A stretch of DNA of 64,000 nucleotides from Ostreococcus lucimarinus. Lineage: Eukaryota. How positions within the stretch are numbered: the stretch's first letter is position 1; the number at the start of each line of letters is the position of its first letter. Positions 18,764-27,800 of this stretch are shown here, piece by piece. Position numbers and translations under genes: made by a program. The notes below the pieces were generated by a model. That model was not told where the DNA came from, made no database searches, and was given only the letters and a program-made list of their open reading frames with translations. Where the stretch lies: assembly GCA_000092065.1 (NCBI GenBank), contig CP000600.1. One strand, written 5' to 3'.

Positions 18764-20631
18764 ATGGGCGCGACCGATGGGACGAGCGCGCGCGAGGCGC
18801 GTCGAAAGGCGCGCGAGTTGGAGGAGGGTCGAAAGGTGCGCGCGCGCTCGCGCGCCGAGCGCGTCGACGCGTCGCGCGAGCGACGCGCGGACGACGCGCG
18901 AGGACGATTTCGTCGCGCGCCGCCCGCCATTCCTCGCGACATTCGTTTCGTCGCGCCTCGACGCGACGCGACGCGCGCGACGGCGGTGGACTGACGGCGA
19001 CGACGCGTTCGCGCGCGCTCCAGGCTGGGTTGATCCCGCACGAGATCGATGAGGACGGGAACGCGATCAACCCGCACATTCCTCAATTCATGGCGGCGGC
19101 GCCGTGGTACCTGAAGCAAGACGGGCCGGGATTGAAACATCAAAAGGCGCCGAAAAAAGCCGAAGAGAGCGCGGAGTGGTACAAGAGAGGCGTGACGACG
19201 ACGAAGGCGACGAAATTTCGTAAGGGGGCGTGCGAGAATTGCGGAGCGATGACGCACAAGAAGAAGGATTGCATGGAGCGGCCGCGCGCGAGAGGCGCGA
19301 GCAAGACGCAAAAGGACATCGCGGCGGACGAGTACGTGCAACCGGAGTTGAAGCTTGGGTTTGAGAGTAAGCGCGATCGGTATAACGGATTCGATGTGGA
19401 TGATTACGTCAAGGTGGTGGAGCGATACGAGGCGGCGGACGCGATGAAGCAAAAATTGGCCAAGCAAAAAGAGTTGGAACGCGCGTTTCGGCGGGCGAAT
19501 AAAAAGGAGGACGACGCGGCGAGCGACTCGGATTCGGACGATACGAGCTCCGACGACGACGACGACGACGACGCGAAGGTTGCGGATAAGGCGGCGACGG
19601 GGTTTGCAAACATCAAACGCGCGGTGCGCGCGCCCGGAGGGGGCGCTTCCGGCACGGTGCGTAACTTGCGTCTTCGCGAAGACACGGCGAAATATTTGCG
19701 CAACCTGGATGTGGATTCGGCGTACTACGACCCAAAGACGCGCTCGATGCGCGAGAATCCGACGCCGAACGCCGATCCCAAAGACAACTTCTTCCGCGGT
19801 GATAACGCGGCGCGAAATGACGGGCAAGTGGTGGAGTTTGAGCGTTTGAATCGTCACGCATGGGAGCAGGCGGAAGCCGGCGGCGCGAGCGCCATTCACA
19901 TGCAAGGCGCGCCGTCGCAAGCCGAGGCGCTGTACAAGCAATTCAAAGAAAAGAAGGAAAAGCTCGCGGGAATGAATAAAAAGAACATCATGGAAAAGTA
20001 CGGCGACGCGAGCGCGGGCAAAGAGCTTCCCGACGGTTTGGCGCTCGGTCAAACGGAGCAATACGTCGAGTACGACCGCGCGGGCCGTCTCATCAAGGGA
20101 ACCGAAAAAGCCACGGTGAAGAGTTGTTACGAGGAGGATGTCCTTTTGCAAAATCACACCAAGGTTTGGGGCTCGTACTGGAACGCCGGTCAGTGGGGTT
20201 ACGCGTGTTGTCAAAGCATGGTGAAGAACTCGTATTGCACGGGCGAGCGCGGCGTCGAAGCCGCGCTCGCGAGCGAGCAACTCATGGTGGACAACATGGA
20301 GAACAAGCGCGCGATGGACGAGGCGAACGAAGCGCGAGCGAAGTCGCAGCTCAACGCGACGACGAAACCGAGCGATCTGTGGGGTGGTGATGTCAAGGAT
20401 GACGTCGAGATCGATCCTCAAAAGCTCCTCGAAGCCTTGAAGCGGCAAGACGAACGCGAGGAAGCGCTCAAGCGCGGCGGCGACGGGAAGAACAAGCGCG
20501 GGTACAACGTCACGCACGATTCGCAAGTCACGGCGGAAGACATGGAGGCGTATAGGATGAAAAAGCGCGCATTCGAGGACCCGATGAAAAAAGCGTCGGG
20601 CGCGGGGACCGATGGTTACGATCTAGTGTAG
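18764..20631 (+). CDS. SLU7: Pre-mRNA-splicing factor SLU7 (CCHC zinc knuckle), 2 exons: 18764..18835 and 19024..20631
   Basis: Exon 1 MGATDGTSAREARRKARELEEGRK matches human REDWRKKKELEEQRK. It then runs through a GTGCGC donor, a 188-nt intron with GGACTGACGG and CTCCAG, and exon 2 AGLIPHEIDEDGNAINPHIPQFMAAAPWY..CENCGAMTHKKKDC. The ORF-track N-terminus (18580-) overlaps DSCC1 and is untranslated. Confidence 0.8.
18836..19023 (+). other. SLU7 intron (188 nt)
   Basis: GTGCGCGC donor, ACTGACG branch 40 nt before the CAG acceptor. It restores the conserved SLU7 N-terminal motif. Confidence 0.65.
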
Positions 20632-20668
20632 AAATTGTATAGCAAGTTTGAGCGATTCGCCCTTAAAG

Positions 20669-21865
20669 TCACGCCGCGACGGCGATCTCGTCCGTGAGAT
20701 TGCTTTCGACCGCGCTCACTTTCTCAATCCATCCATCTAAACGCCCGGCGAGTTCGGCGATTTGCGAGCGTAACAAGACGCGAGGTTGGACCCACGTCAC
20801 GATGACCTTGCTCTCGACCTGGTCGATGATGCCTTCGATCAAGTGTACGCTCAGCGCCTTCATGAGCAAGTACTCCACGCCGTCCGTGGTCAGCTTCGTC
20901 TTCACCGCGATGTCGCTCAAAGAAATCTCTCGATGCTCGGCGGGAAGTTTGAATATGATTTGCAACAGGGACAAGATCGTAATCTTCTCCCGAAGCCTGC
21001 GCTCGTTCGCCACGAGCGCGGGTTGCGCGTTCAAAGCCGCGGCGTGCTTGACGCACAACTGATCGTACTCGTGTAAATCGCCCTCGTTGAACGCCTTGAC
21101 GACGTCCATCAACCACGCGAAAGGCCCATCATTCAAACTCTCCACTATCGGATGCGCGAGAAGCTCGGCGAAATTGTACACGTTCTCCCCGAGCAAAGCG
21201 GCGAGACACAAGTCGACGCTCAACGCCGCGCGCGTCTCCGCGGGCAACATTTCGCACGACACGTACGCCAAATACAACATGCCCGACTTGTAAAACTCGG
21301 CGTAATTTTCCCGCACCTTGTAATACCGACTCGCGACGTAATGATACGCCGCGCTGACGCTCGGATCCGGCGCCGGCAACGCCTCCAACGCTTCTTTATC
21401 GCCCTCCGTCACCGCGCGTTTGGCGTACTCTAAATCCCCCGCCACCAATCTCAACAGCGTCACGTGCGCCGCGACGTACACCCCCGGTTCCCTCGCATCG
21501 TCCCCGTGCGCCGCCACCAACCTCGCGCTCGTCTCCGTCAGGAATTCCACCGCTTCTTCCCCGGTCAACGCGTCGCTCACCGCCACCGCCACGTGCGCCG
21601 TCTTCAACGGATTAAACCTCGTCTCCGCCTCCCTCACCACGCCGTCGTACATCCCTCGCAGGCCTCCCGGGAGAAGCGCCACGCGCGCGTTCATCGGCGC
21701 CGCCACCGCGCGCTCGATCGCCAGCGTCAGCTCGTGCCACAGCTTTTTCGTTCGCAAATCGCCGATCTCGATCAACAGCTCGCGCGTCTCGTCGTCGATC
21801 GCGCGCGCGGCGTCGATCGCGGCGTCCAGGTACGCCGTCCCGGCGTCGGGCGCCGCGGCGGGCAT
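20669..21865 (-). CDS. PSMD13: 26S proteasome non-ATPase regulatory subunit 13 (Rpn9, PCI domain)
   Basis: Near-collinear match to human PSMD13 (TKKLWHELTL; YAEFYKSGMLYLAYV; NFAELLAHPIVESL; FNEGDLHEYDQL; LMKALSVHLIEGIIDQVESKVIVTWVQPRVL). The ATG is at 21863-21865 (MPAAAPDAG..). Confidence 0.8.
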   Translation of the reverse strand: MPAAAPDAGTAYLDAAIDAARAIDDETRELLIEIGDLRTKKLWHELTLAIERAVAAPMNARVALLPGGLRGMYDGVVREAETRFNPLKTAHVAVAVSDALTGEEAVEFLTETSARLVAAHGDDAREPGVYVAAHVTLLRLVAGDLEYAKRAVTEGDKEALEALPAPDPSVSAAYHYVASRYYKVRENYAEFYKSGMLYLAYVSCEMLPAETRAALSVDLCLAALLGENVYNFAELLAHPIVESLNDGPFAWLMDVVKAFNEGDLHEYDQLCVKHAAALNAQPALVANERRLREKITILSLLQIIFKLPAEHREISLSDIAVKTKLTTDGVEYLLMKALSVHLIEGIIDQVESKVIVTWVQPRVLLRSQIAELAGRLDGWIEKVSAVESNLTDEIAVAA

Positions 21866-21998
21866 CGCGTCGGCGCGCGTCGCGTCGCGCGTCGCGTCGT
21901 CGTCGCGTCGTCGCGTCGAGGTGTCGCGACGGACGCGTCGGCACACGACGACGCGCGCGACGCGCGACGCGCGCGGCGAGCGCGCGGCGCGGCGCGGG

Positions 21999-22646
21999 AT
22001 GCTCGCGATCGCTCGATCGCGCGCGACGGCGGCGCTTCGCGCGTCGCGCGTCGCGCGCGCGATCGAGCGCGAGGGCGGCGCGGCGACGGCGACGGCGACG
22101 GCGACGAAGGCGACGGCGCGCGCGCGATCGAGCGACGGCGCGGACGCGGACGCGGACGCGACGGCGTCGACGTCGACGACGACGACGACGACGCGCGCGC
22201 GCGGACGCGCGCGCGCGGAGGACGGCGCGGACGAGACGGCGTCGAGGCTGGCGAGCGCGGCGAGCGGGACGCGCGAGGTCGAGCGACCGGCGCGGTTGAG
22301 TCGAGATCGGTTGTATTATCCGGGACAGAACTACGAGCCGAGCGATTTAGCGGCGCAGACGGCGAGAACGGCGCCGGTGCGACACACGGCGGCGGGGAAG
22401 ACGGTGAAGAATCCGATGCGAGGGAAGGCGGTGGAGGCGACGCTGCTCGAACGCGCGGCGTACGAAGACGCGAGGTTTTTGACGCAGTTCGTGAGCGATA
22501 CGGGGAAGATTTACCCGAAGCGACGGTTAGGGGTGAGCGCGAAGGCGCAGCGGAAGATCGCGCGCGCGATCAAAACGGCGCGGCAGATGGGGATTTTGCC
22601 GTACACGTCTCGTCTTCCGCAGTTTCAACGCAGCCGCGAGACGTGA
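21999..22646 (+). CDS. Organellar ribosomal protein bS18 with a long low-complexity targeting/N-terminal extension
   Basis: The C-terminal GKIYPKRRLGVSAKAQRKIARAIKTARQMGILPY is the bS18 signature. The ATG at 21999 is the first Met after the PSMD13 gene. The N-terminus is encoded by (GCGACG)n repeats (ATATATA, ADADADA, TTTTTT). Confidence 0.65.
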   Translation: MLAIARSRATAALRASRVARAIEREGGAATATATATKATARARSSDGADADADATASTSTTTTTTRARGRARAEDGADETASRLASAASGTREVERPARLSRDRLYYPGQNYEPSDLAAQTARTAPVRHTAAGKTVKNPMRGKAVEATLLERAAYEDARFLTQFVSDTGKIYPKRRLGVSAKAQRKIARAIKTARQMGILPYTSRLPQFQRSRET

Positions 22647-22699
22647 CGCGACGCGAAGCGACGTACGACGTAGCCTAATGCGTGTCACAACACGACGCG

Positions 22700-23146
22700 C
22701 TACACCGCGCGCTCCGCTAACTCTAACTCTAACAGTTCCCTGATCCCTCGCTCGATCTCCGCGAGCGACGTCTCGACTTCTCGCAGCGCGTTCGCCGCCT
22801 CGACCTCTCGCGTCGCCGCGTCCCGCCTCGCGTCTCGCGCCCTCCCCAGTCCCTCGTCCACCGTCATCTCCGCCATGAACCCCAGTCCCACGTCCACGAA
22901 CACCGTGCGCGCGTCGTGCGCCCGCGCGCGCGCGCGTATCTCCCCTCCCACGTCCACCAGCGCGTCGAAACCGCCGCCGTCGCCGTCCTCTCGCAACCGC
23001 GACAGCTTCGCCTCGAGCGCCTCCCACGCCTCGCGGTCCTCGCGCGCGTCCTCGAGCGCGCGCGCGCGCGTCGCGCGCTCCGGCACCAGCGTCTCGCGCG
23101 CGACCGCCGCGCGCGCGACCGCGTCGCCGCGCGCGCGCGACGTCAT
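22700..23146 (-). CDS. Prefoldin-alpha-like protein (UXT-like), 148 aa
   Basis: Coiled coil - beta hairpin (TVFVDVGLGFMAEMTVDEGL) - coiled coil, typical of prefoldin alpha/UXT. The ATG is at 23144-23146, and the upstream part of ORF 22700..23503 is S/R-rich junk. Confidence 0.45.
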   Translation of the reverse strand: MTSRARGDAVARAAVARETLVPERATRARALEDAREDREAWEALEAKLSRLREDGDGGGFDALVDVGGEIRARARAHDARTVFVDVGLGFMAEMTVDEGLGRARDARRDAATREVEAANALREVETSLAEIERGIRELLELELAERAV

Positions 23147-23174
23147 TCGTCGTCGCGTCGAGGACTGACGCCCC

Positions 23175-23708
23175 ATGCTCGCGCGCCGCGACGCCCTCCT
23201 GAGCGCCGCGCTGAGCGCCGGCGCGCTCGCGCGACCGCGACGCGCGCGCGCGGCGCCGGCGCCGACGTTCGCGCCGACCAGGGACGGCGTGCGGTTCCGC
23301 GACGCGCGCGTCGGCGACGGACCCGAGGTGTTCGCGCACGACGCCGTCGTCATCCTCTTCACCGCGCGCGTCCTGCCGAGCGACGACGGCGCGCTCGATC
23401 GGCGGCGCGCGGGGGACACGTTCGATCCGTTCGTCGTCGGCGGCGCGGGCGCGAGCGCGTCGAAGGGATTCAAGCTGGAGATTGGGAGCGCGACGAATGA
23501 CATTCCGGAGGGCTGGGCGCGCGCGTTCGAGGGCGACGGCGACGCGATGCCGCGGATGCGAATCGGTGGGAAACGAATCGTGCGGATACCGCCGAGCTTG
23601 GCGTACGGCGAGCGAGGGCATCACTGTCGAGACGGCGTGCGAGGGGCGTGCGAGGTGAACCCGGGGGAGAGCGTGGAGATTGACTTTGAGATTCTTCGGT
23701 ACACGTGA
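23175..23708 (+). CDS. FKBP-type peptidyl-prolyl cis-trans isomerase, lumenal/plastid type (Cys pair in the C-terminal region)
   Basis: FKBP fold (GDGPEVFAHDAVVILFTARV..GDTFDPFVVGGAGASASKGFKLEIG..IPEGWARAFEGDGDAMPRMRIGGKRIVRIPPSLAYGERG). The transit-like N-terminus is MLARRDALLSAALSAGALARPRRARAAPAP. The ATG lies 28 bp from the divergent UXT-like ATG. Confidence 0.65.
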   Translation: MLARRDALLSAALSAGALARPRRARAAPAPTFAPTRDGVRFRDARVGDGPEVFAHDAVVILFTARVLPSDDGALDRRRAGDTFDPFVVGGAGASASKGFKLEIGSATNDIPEGWARAFEGDGDAMPRMRIGGKRIVRIPPSLAYGERGHHCRDGVRGACEVNPGESVEIDFEILRYT

Positions 23709-23721
23709 CGCGTCATCGTCG

Positions 23722-24687
23722 CTATCGATGCTCGTCGTCGGAGACGGTCGTCGCGGCCTGGGCGAGGGCTTTCTTCTTTAGCATCCATTTCGGCGCGTCG
23801 TCGCGGCGGGGCGACAACGCGCTTACCGAAGCCGGCGCGACGCCTTTCGCCTTGGCCTCGAACACGCCGTCGTCCTTCGCGGCGGCGCCGATGGCGACGA
23901 TGTACGATTTCTTCTCGTCTCCGGACGGAAGCGCGGTGAATATCTGCGCGAAGACGACGACGTTCGGGTCCTTCAAATTCACCGAGACTTCGCACTCGGC
24001 GTCGGCGTCCTTGAACGCTCGCTCGCACGCCTTCGCAATCTTCGGCACCATCACCGCGCGCCCGTGCGCGACGTCGGACGCGTCCGTGTCTTCCTCGCTA
24101 ACGCTAGCGGTGCTATCCACCCTCTTGTTATACACCACCGCGAACGCGATCGATTTCGATCTCGCGTCTTCGCTCCGCGCGCGCGTCTCCCGCACGACTC
24201 TCTCCACGCACGCTCGCATCCCGTCCTCGTCCCCGACCTCGAACGCGCCGTCGATCGGGTACATCTTGTATAAAAATTCCGACCCCTCGTCCTTCCCTCC
24301 TCGCACGTCGTCGAGCGCTCGTTTCACCGTCGCCGTCGCCGTCCGCGCCGAGCCGCCGCCGCTCGCCGCCATCAACAGCGCCCCCCTCGCCGGCAGTTTC
24401 ACCGGCGCGTACGCCGAGTCCTCCCCCAGCATCCGTCGCAACGCCGCCGTCGCGCTCTTCTCTCTCGATTGCCGGCACGTCGCGAACACCGCTCGGACGG
24501 CGCCGTCGCCGTCGCCGCGCTCGAGCAGCGTCGCCCGCAGCGTCGCGTACGCGAACCTCCGAAACTCGCCCGCGCCGCGCGCGCGCTTCGCGTCGCCGCC
24601 GTCGTCGTCGTCGGCGTCGTCGCGCGGCGCTCGGCGTCGCATCTGCGCCTCGGCGGCGTCGCGCAGGCGCGCCGACGGCGACGACAT
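23722..24687 (-). CDS. THUMPD1: THUMP-domain protein (THUMPD1 / Tan1-like tRNA acetylation adaptor)
   Basis: The C-terminal half has a THUMP-like fold (VSVNLKDPNVVVFAQIFTALPSGDEKKSYIVAIGAAAKDDGVFEAKAKG). The ATG at 24685-24687 is embedded in a CATG shared with a + strand ATG. Confidence 0.5.
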   Translation of the reverse strand: MSSPSARLRDAAEAQMRRRAPRDDADDDDGGDAKRARGAGEFRRFAYATLRATLLERGDGDGAVRAVFATCRQSREKSATAALRRMLGEDSAYAPVKLPARGALLMAASGGGSARTATATVKRALDDVRGGKDEGSEFLYKMYPIDGAFEVGDEDGMRACVERVVRETRARSEDARSKSIAFAVVYNKRVDSTASVSEEDTDASDVAHGRAVMVPKIAKACERAFKDADAECEVSVNLKDPNVVVFAQIFTALPSGDEKKSYIVAIGAAAKDDGVFEAKAKGVAPASVSALSPRRDDAPKWMLKKKALAQAATTVSDDEHR

Positions 24688-24847
24688 GGATTTCGGCGCC
24701 AAAACGCCGCGCAGTGACGACCGACGTCGTCGTCGTCGCGCGCGCCGGGCGCGCGCGATACCGCGCGAAGGCGCGAGCGCGCCGTTCGCATCGTCGTCGT
24801 CGTCGTCGACGGCGCGTGTGAGTCGAACGGCGCGACGGGAAGGCGCG

Positions 24848-27800
24848 ATGCGTCGACGCGTCGCGAATGTCTCGCGGCATCTTAATCTCAATCTCGCGAC
24901 GCGCGCGACGCGCGGACGGGCGATCTGGACGGCTCGAGCGGATCGAGACGACCGCGCGGATGTCGCGGCGCGAACGGGGGGGCGGGACGCGGCGGGAGAG
25001 ACGTCGGGGCGCGAGGGGGTGGAGGTGGACGCGGGGACGGCGGCGAGGCGGACGACGAACGGCGTGCGAGCGCCGTTCGAACCCTCGGGAGATCAGCCGA
25101 GCGCGATCGAGCGGTGCAAGGAGCTGCTGAGCGATCGCGATAGGAAGTTTGTGTGCCTGAGGGGGGCGACGGGGACCGGGAAGACGTACGTCGTGGCGAA
25201 CGTGTTGGCGGCGCAGCGAAAGCCGGCGCTCGTGGTGGTGCCGAATAAGACGCTCGCGGCGCAAGTCGCGCGCGAACTTCGGGCGTATCTGGGCGAGAGT
25301 CACCGGGTGGAGCTGTTTGTGTCGCATTTCTCGGTGTACGTGCCGGAGTCGTACTCCAATGGGCGGTACACGGAGAAGCGAAGCGCGATTGATTCTGATC
25401 TGGACGCGTTGCGGCATCGAGCGACGCGAGCGCTCGTTGAACCTGGGAAGACGCCCGTCGTCGTCGCGAGCGTGAGTTGCCTGTATGGTTTGGGGTTACC
25501 GACGGATTACGTAGATGCGGCGCTGACGATCGAGATCGGGGCCTCGGCGTCGACATTCGGCATCGACGGCGTCGAGGATAAGCTTCGCGACGATTTACTG
25601 TACGAGCGCGTGATGCCGTACATGGATATTGAGCGCGGTCAATACAAAACTACCGCCGCACCTGACGACGACAACTGCTTCACCATCACTATTTGGCCGC
25701 CATATTTGGAAAGTGCGTTGGACGTACGAGTTCGAGGCGACGACGGCGTCGTCGTCGCGTGTGAAGCGCGCGGACGCCGGGTCGATTTACCGCTCACGAT
25801 TTGGCCGCGCGTGCACTACATCACCCCGGCCGAGCGCCTGCAACGCGCGCTCGTGAGCATCAAGGCTGAACTGGACGAACAAACGAAGAAGCTTCGCGCC
25901 GAGGGGTGCGCGATCGAGGCTGATAGACTGGAGCAGAGAACCAACGCCGACTTGACCTTGCTGCGAGAGCTCGGTTGGTGCCCAGGCGCCGAGCACTACA
26001 GCCGTCATTTACGCTGCGCAAAGCCCGAAGAGCCGCCGGTGACGCTTCTGGATTACTTTTCATACTCAGCGGACTCCCAAACGCGTCGCGACTGGTTATT
26101 GGTCGCCGACGAATCTCACGTCATGCTGCCGCAACTTCGCGCGATGCACGGCGGCGACAGAAGCCGTAAAACGGCGCTCGTGGGCGCCGGTTATCGTCTG
26201 CCATCGGCGTTGGACAATCGTCCACTCATGAGCGAAGAATTCTGGCAGCGTGTCCCGCAGGCACTGCTCGTGAGCGCGACTCCGGGCGATATTGAGACGG
26301 AATGGGTCGGCGGCAAGTCGAGCGATGCCATGGTTGACATGGTCGTGCGACCGAGCGGCGTGCTCGATCCGCCGGTGCACGTCGTAGGCAAAGAGAATCA
26401 ACTCGAAGCGTTGGCACAGCGAGTGAATGAGAAAGCTAAGATTGGCGAACGCTCGCTGGTGTGCGTGCTCACCAAGGCGGACACCGAGGATCTGTCGATG
26501 TACTTGAACGCGCACGGCGTGCGCGCCGATTGGGTGCACTCAGAGCTCACTGCCCCGCAACGTGCCGAAAAACTGTCCAAGCTTCAACAAGGCGAACTAG
26601 ATTGTATCGTGGGTGCGCAGCTTCTGCGCGAAGGCTTGGATCTACCTTCAGTGTCGCTCGTCGCCATTTTAGATGCGGATATTCCTGGTTTCATGCGAAG
26701 CGCGCGCTCGTTGATGCAGATGGCTGGCCGGGCGGCGCGGAACAAGAACGGCGAATGCGTGCTCTTTGCGGATTCCATCACCGCCGCCATGAAAGAGATG
26801 ATGAATGAGGTCGATCGTCGTCGCGTGAAACAACACAAGCACAATGTCGACAACAATCTCGTTCCGGTGACGGCGACGTTGGGGTCTTCGACGTCGACGC
26901 TCTCTCTCTTCGACGTCATGGCGGATGAGATCGAACTTGAGAAGCAAAAGTGGGCCGTAGAACAGTCCGCTGCGCTCACGTCGCCGAAGAGTGCTGAAGT
27001 AGACACGGAAGCCGTCGATAAAGCGCTCCGAAGTTGGCGAAAGCGACGAGAAGGCGGCGGCGTACGGCCGGGTCCGAAACCGTCAGACGCGCTCAAAGAA
27101 GTGCAGGTGGAGGAGGGCGAAAAACTCGTCGCCGAGACTGTGTTAGATGCGTATGGGCTCGATGCGACGCATGTCGAGCGACTCAGGCGTTTACATCGCG
27201 ATATGCCATCGAAAACAGGAGTGTATCGATGGATCGATGAGGCTGGCAACGTGCTTTACGTCGGCAAGGCGAAGAATTTGCGCTCGCGGACTGGGCACTA
27301 TCTGTCGCCCGCATTGATACAGTCATCGCCGCGACATCGAAAGCTCTTAGCCTCAGCACGCACTCTCGATGCTGTGCTGACGCCAGGCGGCGAAGCCGAT
27401 GCGCTTGCGCTCGAAGCGAGATTAATTCAGCGCGAGCGTCCAGCGTTGAACATTTTGCTGAAGGATGCGCCGAAGCCCGAAAGCGCGCGAATCGTTTTGA
27501 CATCGAGGGATGCCGACGGGCGTATTTTCGTGGCTAAGTTTCAAAATGAGTTCGACCCCACCAGAGCCGAGAAAGTGTGGACTCTCCCCACTCGCGAAGC
27601 AGCAATTCGTATGATGGCTGTTCTCGAACGTGCGCTCGATTTGCGCGGCGTTTCGTTTCGCTCGCGTTTCGGCGAAACCGCCGCCGTCGCGCAGTGGCGC
27701 TTCGCCGCGGAAGTCGCGACTTTGGTACTCGATGCCAAGTATGACGAAGCGGTCGCGGCACTGGAAGACCGTGGTGAAGTTGCGTCGGCGCTTGAGTTGC

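Noticed and set aside
16219-20526. Long minus or plus ORFs 16219-17187, 17490-18530 and 18595-20526 (322-643 aa, Arg/Gly-rich)
   Set aside because: Each is antisense to a homology-supported gene (glutaredoxin-like, DSCC1, SLU7) and composed mainly of R/G/V/A repeats.
23162-23169. GACTGACG box 6 nt upstream of the FKBP ATG, considered as an intron branch point
   Set aside because: There is no AG acceptor between it and the ATG, and no upstream donor. It is probably a chance occurrence or a promoter element.
22527-25556. ORFs 22527-23624(-), 24128-25417(-) and 24888-25556(-) with poly-Arg runs
   Set aside because: They are antisense to bS18, UXT, FKBP and the UvrB-UvrC gene. They are extreme Arg/Gly/Ala content artefacts.
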